From: a virus
Lineage: Duplodnaviria > Caudoviricetes
Virus record (IMG/VR): IMGVR_UViG_3300049135_000061
Coordinates: 1-45,741 of that record
Length of the DNA: 45,741 nucleotides
Direction: 5' to 3' (one strand)
This document shows, in pieces, positions 1 through 6,747 of this stretch (position 1 is the first letter of the stretch; each line of letters starts with the position of its first letter). A model generated the notes under the pieces. That model did no database searches. It saw only the letters and a program-made list of their open reading frames with translations, and had not been told where the DNA came from. A program made the translations under genes and the position numbers.

Positions 1-127
1 CTTGATGAGTAGTCGGCCCGGCCTGATCCTCCGGGCCTGATCCTTTGGAGAGGGGATCATCATGCCGAACAACCTCACCCCCAACGTGCTCGCCGAGATC
101 ATCGACTGGGCGAGTGACTGCGCCGGG
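1..127. repeat. 127-bp direct terminal repeat (copy at 45615-45741); circular assembly overlap
   Basis: Bases 1-127 are identical to 45615-45741; 127 is a common assembler k-mer length. Confidence 0.9.
15..61 (+). repeat. Structured leader element copy 1 (P3+P4; a large upstream hairpin lies at 45542-45624 across the junction)
   Basis: GGCCCGG-cctgatcct-CCGGGCC then TGATCC-tttggagagg-GGATCA, then ATG at 62. Confidence 0.8.
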
Positions 128-247
128 TACCCCGGCGGCACGCAGATGAGCGCCGAGCGCGCCACGCAGTACGCCGAACGGCACTACCCCGGCGGCTTGA
201 AGGCCGCGCAGGAAGACTTCAACCTCGTGGCCAACACGCGGGGCTAA
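62..247 (+). CDS. Hypothetical early protein (61 aa)
   Basis: GGAGAGG RBS in the repeat element; GC3-rich codons. Confidence 0.8.
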   Translation: MPNNLTPNVLAEIIDWASDCAGYPGGTQMSAERATQYAERHYPGGLKAAQEDFNLVANTRG

Positions 248-250
248 TGA

Positions 251-354
251 CCTGTAAGAGCCATCGGGCCCACGTCTCGCACGTGGGCCCTGTTGGTTCC
301 GCAGGAACCACCGTGGCTGATTCCCACGGTTCGCATGATCTTTGGAGAGGGATC
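251..354 (+). repeat. Structured leader element copy 2
   Basis: cctgtaagagccatc; GGGCCCACGT/ACGTGGGCCC; TGGTTCC-gca-GGAACCA; CCGTGG-ctgattc-CCACGG; CATGATC-tttggagagg-GATCATG. Confidence 0.9.
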
Positions 355-753
355 ATGGAAGTCACTTACAGCGTGCTGACCGGCAAGCGCCGTTCGTACG
401 TGCTGGACAGCAGCAACCCGGACATGACGTGCCGGATTGCTTCTGAAACCGGCAGCTACACCTACCGCGAGTACGACGAGGTGAGCGCGGACGGCACGCC
501 GATGCGCGTGGTCGCCGTGCACCACGCAACGCGGGGCGATGTGCTGTCGTGCTGGTCCTGGGACCAGCCCCCGCTCACGGGGATGGTCGGTGGACTGCCC
601 GTCACCGCTCGGCCGCTCGGGCCCGGTAAGCCGTGCAAGCACGGCGCGTACGGCGACATGGCGACGTGGTCCATTTCGGACCCCATCGGGCACCTGGGGA
701 ACTTCTGCGATCGGCACATGCGGGTGGAGTACCCCGAACTCCAGGAGGCGTGA
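355..753 (+). CDS. Hypothetical early protein (MEVTYSVLTG...), C-terminal Cys/His motif
   Basis: Start reassigned to the ATG after the repeat RBS. Confidence 0.8.
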   Translation: MEVTYSVLTGKRRSYVLDSSNPDMTCRIASETGSYTYREYDEVSADGTPMRVVAVHHATRGDVLSCWSWDQPPLTGMVGGLPVTARPLGPGKPCKHGAYGDMATWSISDPIGHLGNFCDRHMRVEYPELQEA

Positions 754-755
754 GC

Positions 756-944
756 ATGGCTGACGACACGATTGCAGTAAGCGAACTCTGGCGCCGCTTG
801 GCCACCGTGCTGAGCGAGCTGGAAGCGGCGGGGGAGAACCCCTCCCCCCGAACCGAAGACGGATGGGCGTACGTGGTCGGCGGCTCCGGCGCGGTGCGCT
901 GGGATCCGGACACCAACGCTTGGGTAACGCAAGAGCTGTACTGA
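756..944 (+). CDS. Hypothetical protein (MADDTIAVSE...)
   Basis: GGAGG RBS; starts 2 nt after the upstream stop. Confidence 0.75.
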   Translation: MADDTIAVSELWRRLATVLSELEAAGENPSPRTEDGWAYVVGGSGAVRWDPDTNAWVTQELY

Positions 945-945
945 G

Positions 946-1051
946 CCTGTAAGAGCCATCGGGTTCACACCTTCGGGTGTGGGCCCTCTTGGTTCCGCAG
1001 GAACCACCGCGACTGATTATCGCGGTTTGTGATCTTTGGAGAGGGATCACC
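946..1051 (+). repeat. Structured leader element copy 3
   Basis: cctgtaagagccatc; P1 with cTTCGg tetraloop and G-U pairs; TGGTTCC-gca-GGAACCA; CCGCGA-ctgatta-TCGCGG; GTGATC-tttggagagg-GATCAC. Confidence 0.9.
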
Positions 1052-1288
1052 ATGGCATGGAAAGCATCACCTCAGCGCGCACGCTGGTACGGAGAGGTCA
1101 TCTTCGAGGGTGCCGACGGGGAAACCACGTACAACTACGGTTACTCCGCCAGCAAGGAAGAGCCCGACCTGGACTCGCTCGATTGCCTGATGCCCAAGGG
1201 TTACGAGGCCATCGAGCGGAAGATTCAGCCCACCCCGAGTAATGAGGCGTGGGAGGAATGGAACCAGTTGCGCAGCGACAGCGAGTGA
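1052..1288 (+). CDS. Hypothetical acidic early protein (MAWKASPQRA...)
   Basis: ATG follows the repeat RBS. Confidence 0.8.
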   Translation: MAWKASPQRARWYGEVIFEGADGETTYNYGYSASKEEPDLDSLDCLMPKGYEAIERKIQPTPSNEAWEEWNQLRSDSE

Positions 1289-1290
1289 CG

Positions 1291-1405
1291 CCCTGCTGAG
1301 CCATCGAGCGCACCTCTCGCAGGTGCGCTCCCTTGGTTCCGCAGTCCAGCGGGACACGCGCGGCTGATTACCGCGCGTCGGATCAGCCTTGGAGAGGGAC
1401 TGACC
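1291..1405 (+). repeat. Structured leader element copy 4
   Basis: ccctgctgagccatc; GAGCGCACCT/AGGTGCGCTC; ttggttccgcag; ACGCGCGG-ctgatta-CCGCGCGT; ttggagagg hairpin. Confidence 0.9.
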
Positions 1406-1654
1406 ATGAGTGGATACACCAACTGCGCGTGCCGTGACTGCATGGACGTTGCGATCACCGCCAATCAGGGCGGGTGGACGCTTTGCGCGGAATGCCTGGA
1501 CGCGGCGTGCACCCCCTACCCGCCCAGCACGGGCGAATGGCCGGGCAGGCGCCCGGAGGGCAACTACGACTGTCAGCGCGACGACGCGTACGGCGACGAC
1601 GTGGCCGACGCGGGCACCGGGCACGGTGCCTACGAGTACCGGTCCGGGCACTGA
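1406..1654 (+). CDS. Cys-rich hypothetical protein (CACRDC...CAEC)
   Basis: ORF follows the repeat RBS; CxxC pairs. Confidence 0.8.
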   Translation: MSGYTNCACRDCMDVAITANQGGWTLCAECLDAACTPYPPSTGEWPGRRPEGNYDCQRDDAYGDDVADAGTGHGAYEYRSGH

Positions 1655-1659
1655 TCACC

Positions 1660-1768
1660 CGCCGGAGCATCGGGCGCACCACATAGCGGGTGCGCCCCCT
1701 TGCTCTTACGGATGAGGGCACCGGCCGCTGATTACGGCCGGCAGATCTCTTTGGAGAGGGAGATCATC
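1660..1768 (+). repeat. Structured leader element copy 5 (variant P2)
   Basis: GGGCGCACC/GGTGCGCCC; TGCTCTTacggatGAGGGCA; CCGGCCG-ctgatta-CGGCCGG; GATCTC-tttggagagg-GAGATC. Confidence 0.9.
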
Positions 1769-2095
1769 ATGAGCGAGAACCTGGGCACCATCTGGGTCTG
1801 CATTGACTGCATGCTGCACCACGCCAACGGCGAGTGCGGCGGGTGTGACGACGACGAACGCGGGCACGACCAGGAGCCCCTGAGCCGCATTGCGGGCCCG
1901 CAGCACGTCGCCATGGGGATGGTGTGGGGCGAGCACTCCTGCGGTCGCGAGGTGGCCACGCAGGACGTGCCGGTACCTGATGACACGCCGCTGGAGTGCG
2001 ACTGCGAGACCAACACCTTCAGCACGTCGCGGTGCGAGGGGTGCGGCTCGTACCTGCACGGCGAGCGCCACGCCATGACGCTGTTCGCGAGCTGA
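1769..2095 (+). CDS. Cys-rich putative Zn-binding protein (MSENLGTIWVCIDC...)
   Basis: Several CxxC motifs; start after the repeat RBS. Confidence 0.8.
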   Translation: MSENLGTIWVCIDCMLHHANGECGGCDDDERGHDQEPLSRIAGPQHVAMGMVWGEHSCGREVATQDVPVPDDTPLECDCETNTFSTSRCEGCGSYLHGERHAMTLFAS

Positions 2096-2100
2096 GACAT

Positions 2101-2215
2101 CCGCCGGAGTGCCGGGCCGACTCACCGCCTGGTGAGTCGTGCCCGTGCTCTTACGGATGAGAGCACCCCGGGAGTGATTACCCGGGGTCCTGGTCTTCAT
2201 GGAGAGGGAAGATCA
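2101..2215 (+). repeat. Structured leader element copy 6 (variant P2)
   Basis: CGACTCACC/GGTGAGTCG; GTGCTCTTacggatGAGAGCAC; CCCGGG-agtgatta-CCCGGG; TGGTCTTC-atggagagg-GAAGATCA. Confidence 0.85.
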
Positions 2216-2479
2216 ATGAGCATCGAGACCACACTTGCCGCCGCTGTCGGTACGGAGTGGACGGTACGGAGCCGGTACGAGACGACAGATGGCGACCGTG
2301 TCGCCCTGCTGTGCCTGTACGCCCCGGAGGGGGACCGCTTCGCGGTCTCCTACTCCTACGGGTGGCCGCACTCGCCCCAGTTCATCGAGTACGCGAAGCG
2401 CGTGGACGCGTTCACCGCCTTCGTACGGAGCCTCAACCACGCCGAGCGTCGTGGCGTTGTGACGCACTGGGAGAGCTGA
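2216..2479 (+). CDS. Hypothetical protein (MSIETTLAAA...)
   Basis: ATG after the repeat RBS. Confidence 0.8.
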   Translation: MSIETTLAAAVGTEWTVRSRYETTDGDRVALLCLYAPEGDRFAVSYSYGWPHSPQFIEYAKRVDAFTAFVRSLNHAERRGVVTHWES

Positions 2480-2482
2480 CCC

Positions 2483-2653
2483 ATGGGCTCCCTGATCACG
2501 CTCCTGGTGCTCCTGGCCGGCGCCGCACCGCAGTGCGCCGAGGAAGACGGCTCCACGCAGCGCGTGTGCGTGTGGAGCGACGGCACGGGGGACACCGTGC
2601 TGAACCTGGACAACGGCACCTACTGGATCACGCTGGGCGGTGAGCGGCTGTGA
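2483..2653 (+). CDS. Small exported or membrane protein (56 aa, MGSLITLLVLLAGAAPQCAEEDGS...)
   Basis: Translated by hand (below ORF-track cutoff); hydrophobic N-terminus; GGAG RBS. Confidence 0.7.
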   Translation: MGSLITLLVLLAGAAPQCAEEDGSTQRVCVWSDGTGDTVLNLDNGTYWITLGGERL

Positions 2654-2802
2654 CCATCCGGGACTGGTGGCTCCAAGAGGCCCGCCGCTACCTGGCGCAT
2701 GCTCGAAGCAATCGCCACAGCCCGACGGTCTGGCATCAGGCCATGAGCGACGTGGCATGGTGCCGCCGCATGGCGCAGTGGACGTACAGCACTTTCGACT
2801 GA
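2650..2802 (+). CDS. Hypothetical protein (50 aa, MTIRDWWLQEARRYL...)
   Basis: GTGA overlap with the upstream stop; hand translated. Confidence 0.6.
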   Translation: MTIRDWWLQEARRYLAHARSNRHSPTVWHQAMSDVAWCRRMAQWTYSTFD

Positions 2803-2907
2803 CCCTGCCGGCCCAAGCCGAGCGCATCCCGTCCACCCCCCGGGGTGCGCTCCCTTGGTCTTGCAGATCAGCTTGACCTACGTGACCGATAGGAGAGGAT
2901 CGGCCGC
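2803..2907 (+). repeat. Degenerate structured leader element copy 7
   Basis: GAGCGCATCCC/GGGGTGCGCTC; ttggtc-ttgca-gatca; CCGAT-aggagagg-ATCGG; CTGATTA hairpin missing. Confidence 0.6.
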
Positions 2908-3144
2908 ATGAAGAAGTACACGAGCCCTGTCACGGCAGCAGACGTGACGGACGAGATGGTGAACATTGCCCTCGGAATTGTCGAAGGCTGGTACGACGAG
3001 GGCCGCATCGACTGGGAAGACGTCTGGGACCGCATGGACGGAGCGGAGTTGAACGACGGCACTTGGCTCGACATGGGCACCGATCTCCTGTCGCCGGCCC
3101 TGGCGAAAATCAAGAGCGAGGTACGCAAGGCGCGTCGCGTCTAG
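2908..3144 (+). CDS. Acidic hypothetical protein (78 aa)
   Basis: GGAGAGG RBS. Confidence 0.8.
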   Translation: MKKYTSPVTAADVTDEMVNIALGIVEGWYDEGRIDWEDVWDRMDGAELNDGTWLDMGTDLLSPALAKIKSEVRKARRV

Positions 3145-3163
3145 GTCAGGGAGGATCGGCCGC

Positions 3164-3376
3164 ATGAGTACGAGCAAGCCGGCAAAGCCGATGACCGTGG
3201 TGATCACGGTCGAGATTACGTTGCCCGACCCCGAGCAGTGGACCACCGCCTTTGGGATCGAGGGGCGCGCCGTGATTCGCCAGGACGTCAAGCAGTACGT
3301 GGCGAATCAGATCAGAGGTGAAGGCGTTTTCGGTGACGGTGAAGTCGCCGCCGAGGTGGCACTGCGCAACCCGTAA
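3164..3376 (+). CDS. Hypothetical protein (70 aa)
   Basis: GGAGG RBS. Confidence 0.8.
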   Translation: MSTSKPAKPMTVVITVEITLPDPEQWTTAFGIEGRAVIRQDVKQYVANQIRGEGVFGDGEVAAEVALRNP

Positions 3377-3380
3377 CGCT

Positions 3381-3498
3381 CCCTGCTGAGCCATCGAGCA
3401 CCCGTACACGCGACGGGTGCTCTTTTGGTTCCACAGGAACCACACCGCCGGCTGATTACCGGCGGCGCAGCACCTGCCTTTGGAGAGGGGCAGCAGTC
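3381..3498 (+). repeat. Structured leader element copy 8
   Basis: ccctgctgagccatc; GAGCACCCGT/ACGGGTGCTC; TGGTTCC-aca-GGAACCA; CCGCCGG-ctgatta-CCGGCGG; CTGCC-tttggagagg-GGCAG. Confidence 0.9.
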
Positions 3499-3954
3499 AT
3501 GCAACACATCATCGAACGTGCCTGGTACGGCACGGGACAGTACGCTCAGCGCACCATCAGCCCTGGGCAATGGGCGACGGAAATGCTCACCAGCCGAGCG
3601 AGCGGTGAGACGTCGTACCGCTGGACTGGGGAAGACCGGGAGGGAGCACGACTCCACGTCGTGTGGATCATCGACCCGGTGGGTCTCGCCACGCTCCTGG
3701 CGTACGAGATGTCCCTGGAGCCCCCGGCGGCGGACACACAGGGGCGTCTGGAGCGCGAGTTGCTTCGCCTTGACGGAGAGTACGAGCGCGCCACGGGACA
3801 CAACGCGTTCCTGTACGCCGACCACGGCGAGGGTGCAGGGCCCGGTGAGTACCACTTCACGGACAAGCGCGTCATGTACGGCGTGCGCAGCGCCCTGGCG
3901 CACATGAAGACCCTCATGCACGACTTGGCCACCGAGCTGGAGAGGAGCAAGTGA
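3499..3954 (+). CDS. Hypothetical protein (151 aa); N-terminal domain paralogous to the next gene
   Basis: ATG after the repeat RBS; IIERAW...WTGxDR motif. Confidence 0.8.
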   Translation: MQHIIERAWYGTGQYAQRTISPGQWATEMLTSRASGETSYRWTGEDREGARLHVVWIIDPVGLATLLAYEMSLEPPAADTQGRLERELLRLDGEYERATGHNAFLYADHGEGAGPGEYHFTDKRVMYGVRSALAHMKTLMHDLATELERSK

Positions 3955-4163
3955 CCATGGCTCAGATCATCGAGCGAGCGTGGCGCCTGGAGCGCGAAGT
4001 GAGTGCCCACGCGTTTGCCTCGGACATGGCGCACGCTCATCGCGAGCGGCTGTGCGTGTACGCATGGACCGGCACGGACCGTGCCAGTAACCCGCTCACG
4101 GTGGCATGGGTTGCCGGGCCACATCAGGGCACTGTCTTCAGCGCCTACGAGATCACTGACTAA
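3951..4163 (+). CDS. Hypothetical protein, paralog of the 3499 N-terminal domain
   Basis: GTGA overlap; IIERAW...WTGTDR motif. Confidence 0.8.
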   Translation: MTMAQIIERAWRLEREVSAHAFASDMAHAHRERLCVYAWTGTDRASNPLTVAWVAGPHQGTVFSAYEITD

Positions 4164-4398
4164 CCCCAAGCCCCCCGGCATCCCCCCTGCCGGGATGAGG
4201 AGCCCCTGCCCCCTCCCCGTGTCCAACGGGGCAGGGGCTCCGCCCCTCGCGTGTCCGTAACCGTCACATGCCCGCGTGCTCCGGTCCTCTCCCCGTTGAG
4301 CGCGCGGGTTTGTGGTGGCGCGGCCACCAACCCCCCGCCCGGCCTGTGGCACATCCCGGGCCGGCGGGCGGGGCCAACCGCTCCGAGGAGAGGGAGCC

Positions 4399-4533
4399 AT
4401 GCCCCAGCAGAGGGTGTACAAGCCCGTCAGGAAGCCCGCCACCGAGCGGGCGCAGCAGGACAAAAACGACGCCCCGAGCGGGCGTCAGGAGGTCCGGAAG
4501 GACGTACGCAAGACGTGGTGGCCCGAGGCATGA
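4399..4533 (+). CDS. Small basic hypothetical protein (44 aa, MPQQRVYKPV...)
   Basis: GGAGAGG RBS inside a short GCTC/GAGC hairpin, resembling a degenerate P4. Confidence 0.6.
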   Translation: MPQQRVYKPVRKPATERAQQDKNDAPSGRQEVRKDVRKTWWPEA

Positions 4534-4534
4534 C

Positions 4535-4568
4535 GAAGCCCCTCCCGCGTCCAACCGGGAGGGGCTTC
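4535..4568. terminator. Probable terminator hairpin between convergent genes
   Basis: GAAGCCCCTCCCG-cgtccaac-CGGGAGGGGCTTC. Confidence 0.6.
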
Positions 4569-4687
4569 AGTCCATCGGCTACATGCCGCAGGTGTCGCAG
4601 GGGAAGCTAGCCTGACTGATCACGTTTCCGTTGTCGTCGTACACGTAGACGGTGGCCCTGGTGCCAGGGCACGGCCCTTCGTGCGTG

Positions 4688-4891
4688 TTACGTCCGCACG
4701 GCTCGCCCCGCTGCTGCTGCTGCCCCATGAGTGAACCTCACCCTGTCGTGGTGACTGGGCTCCCAGATCCCCGCACACCCAGCGCAGTACCAGATCCAGG
4801 CACTGTCCCGGCCGGGGCCAGTGTTCCTGGTGTCTTTCCAAAGCGGCGGGCGGTCAGGGCACTGAGGGCATGACGGAGGCTTAGGCGTCAC
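4688..4891 (-). CDS. Zn-ribbon hypothetical protein (CPQC...CAGC)
   Basis: AAGGAG RBS, GTG start, two CxxC. Confidence 0.65.
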   Translation of the reverse strand: MTPKPPSCPQCPDRPPLWKDTRNTGPGRDSAWIWYCAGCAGIWEPSHHDRVRFTHGAAAAAGRAVRT

Positions 4892-5043
4892 AATGGCTCC
4901 TTGGTTGGGTGCGCGTCATCGTGCGCGCTTCAGCCCTGAAATGTGGTGATGAGTGGCCGTCTGTCCCTCAAAGGGAGGACGGGGTACCCGCCCCGGCCGG
5001 GGTGCTGCCATCACGAGGGGATGAACCCGACCGGGACGGGCGA

Positions 5044-5301
5044 TCAGGGAGCCGGCGTGAACGGCTCAGCGATGGCCCAGGACTCCGTCACCATGCGGAA
5101 CTGCCTGTGCTTACGCGTGTTGTTGTTGTGCTTCGCCGCATGCTGCAACGCCCAGCGCTCGGCGTGACCCGGGGTCGAGTACCCCACGGAAGCGTCGTGG
5201 CACGCGCCGCATACGGCGGAGTACACGGGCGGGTGAGCCTCGCGGGCAGTCAGGAGGCGCAGGCGCCACCGCGTATGGCGGACGACGGATCGGTTGTTCA
5301 T
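5044..5301 (-). CDS. Streptomyces-type small Zn-binding protein (CxxC...WALxH...H)
   Basis: Motif pattern typical of genes next to Streptomyces GntR/XRE regulators; ATGA overlap with the upstream gene. Confidence 0.7.
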   Translation of the reverse strand: MNNRSVVRHTRWRLRLLTAREAHPPVYSAVCGACHDASVGYSTPGHAERWALQHAAKHNNNTRKHRQFRMVTESWAIAEPFTPAP

Positions 5302-5519
5302 GTTCGCATCCCCCGGTTGTGCTCGTTGTACTCGCGCACCTGCTCCAGCAGAGCGGACGCAAGGGTCGCCGGCTCCACACGGCGACGATCCGCGTCCCAC
5401 ACCTCTCCTCCGCCCACCGGCTTGAGCATCACCGTGCGGCCGAAGATGTCGATCACCATTCCGACCTGGTTTGTGCTCGTGTCCCGCGCGTAATCACCGC
5501 GCTTGATTTCACTGCTCAC
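5298..5519 (-). CDS. Streptomyces-type hypothetical protein (RDT...VG.V....LKPVGGGEVW)
   Basis: Recognisable LxPxGGGxEW motif. Confidence 0.75.
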   Translation of the reverse strand: MSSEIKRGDYARDTSTNQVGMVIDIFGRTVMLKPVGGGEVWDADRRRVEPATLASALLEQVREYNEHNRGMRT

Positions 5520-5547
5520 CGCGCCGCCTCTCTTCGGCTGGAGTGGA

Positions 5548-5574
5548 CTAGGTCACAGTAGCGGCAACCTAGTG
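5548..5574. promoter_or_regulatory. Candidate operator in the divergent promoter region (ACTAGGT-N13-ACCTAGT)
   Basis: Inverted repeat between divergent genes upstream of the GntR gene. Confidence 0.35.
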
Positions 5575-5644
5575 CACCTATCCAGTGGTTCGGTCAGAGA
5601 GCTACGCTCCAAGTGACATGCACAGCCAAGACGTGGAGATATCG

Positions 5645-6376
5645 ATGGCACAGGGGAGCGAGACCGCGACGTACGTGCGCATCGCTGCGTACTACCGAGA
5701 GCAGATCTTGACCGGGGATCTGAAGCCAGGAACGAAGCTCCCGAGCAACAAGGAGATGGCCCAGCGCTGGTCCGTAGCTGTGGCCACGCTCCAGAAGGCG
5801 CTCGGACAGCTCACGGTGGAAGGACTGCTGCGCACCAGCCCGCGCGGGACCTTCGTGGCCGATGACCCCGTGGCCGGCGTGGCCGCGAAGGACCGGCTGC
5901 GCCGGTCCCAGCAGACCCGCTCCGTCCTCATGGACGGCGAGACTGCCGCCGTAACGGCGGCAGAGCTGGTCGTACCCCCGCTGTACGTGGCGGAGATCTT
6001 CCACCTGGACCACGGCGATCAGGTGGTACGCCGGGAGTTCACCACCGGACGTGGCAAGACCCGCGTCTCTTTCCAGGTGCGCTGGTACCCGGCGCACTTC
6101 GCGGCCCTGGTGCCGGACCTGCTGAGCACCAGCAGCAAGAAAAACGACGACTTGACCCCGCGCGTCCTGGACGCCACCGGCCGACAGATCACGTACGCAC
6201 GGGATGACATGCACGGCAGGGACGCCGACGCCCGGGAGGCGTCAGCCCTCGGTATCGCCGTGGGCTCGCCGATTCTGGCCGGCGCACACCGCTGGGCCGA
6301 TGACGAAGGTGTCATCGAGTACGGCGAATGGTGCCTGCCGCCACGCATGACCATCGGATACGAGTACCAGCCGTAG
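5645..6376 (+). CDS. GntR-family (HutC/UTRA) transcriptional regulator; candidate repressor
   Basis: YVRIAAYYREQILTGDLKPGTKLPS wHTH and a C-terminal UTRA-like region (...VIEYGE); GGAG RBS. Confidence 0.9.
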   Translation: MAQGSETATYVRIAAYYREQILTGDLKPGTKLPSNKEMAQRWSVAVATLQKALGQLTVEGLLRTSPRGTFVADDPVAGVAAKDRLRRSQQTRSVLMDGETAAVTAAELVVPPLYVAEIFHLDHGDQVVRREFTTGRGKTRVSFQVRWYPAHFAALVPDLLSTSSKKNDDLTPRVLDATGRQITYARDDMHGRDADAREASALGIAVGSPILAGAHRWADDEGVIEYGEWCLPPRMTIGYEYQP

Positions 6377-6389
6377 CCGACCACAGACC

Positions 6390-6422
6390 GAAGCCCCCCG
6401 TGATCGACGCACGGGGGGCTTC
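6390..6422. terminator. Terminator-like hairpin after the GntR gene
   Basis: GAAGCCCCCCGTG-atcgacg-CACGGGGGGCTTC. Confidence 0.7.
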
Positions 6423-6454
6423 GTCGTACCCCCGCCCTTGTGGGGCGGTGATCA

Positions 6455-6537
6455 GGGCTCGTGCTGGAGCTGCTGGTACCAGCGCGCACGCCGGGGCTCA
6501 AGGACCCTGGCTCGCGGTTCGATTCCGCGAGAGCCCA
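6455..6537 (+). ncRNA. tRNA-like RNA with atypical or missing anticodon arm
   Basis: Acceptor GGGCTC/GAGCCC-A, D-arm CTGG-agctgctggta-CCAG, T-arm CGCGG-TTCGATT-CCGCG. Confidence 0.6.
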
Positions 6538-6747
6538 CGGGAACCGTGAGAGACGCCATGCCAGCATCCGCGCCGCTTCCACAGGCCGCTACCTGGACGC
6601 GGGAACAGGTCCTGGTGAGTTTCGCTCCAACCGCATCTCAGGAGGAGCCGTAAGGGTCTGGCCAGCCTGAACCTGATCAAGTGGCCGCCCGACCCCTGCC
6701 GAGTTCCTGCCGGCAGGGGTCTTCATCATCCGAGGAGAGGAAAGAGC

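Noticed and set aside
251-3498. CRISPR array associated with the Cas4-like gene
   Set aside because: The repeats are ~100 nt, divergent and separated by whole genes. The nuclease is a stand-alone phage Cas4/RecB type and no other cas genes are present.
1-3498. Hammerhead ribozymes (CUGAUUA resembles CUGAUGA)
   Set aside because: The motif sits in a closed hairpin loop and there is no GAAA or three-way-junction core.
251-3498. Integron attC sites
   Set aside because: No RYYYAAC/GTTRRRY ends, four short hairpins instead of one long one, and no tyrosine integrase.
6455-6537. Canonical tRNA-Leu(CAA) or attP tRNA fragment
   Set aside because: Arm spacing and the 8-nt loop are non-canonical. Both halves are present, and the integrase is a serine type that does not usually target tRNA genes.
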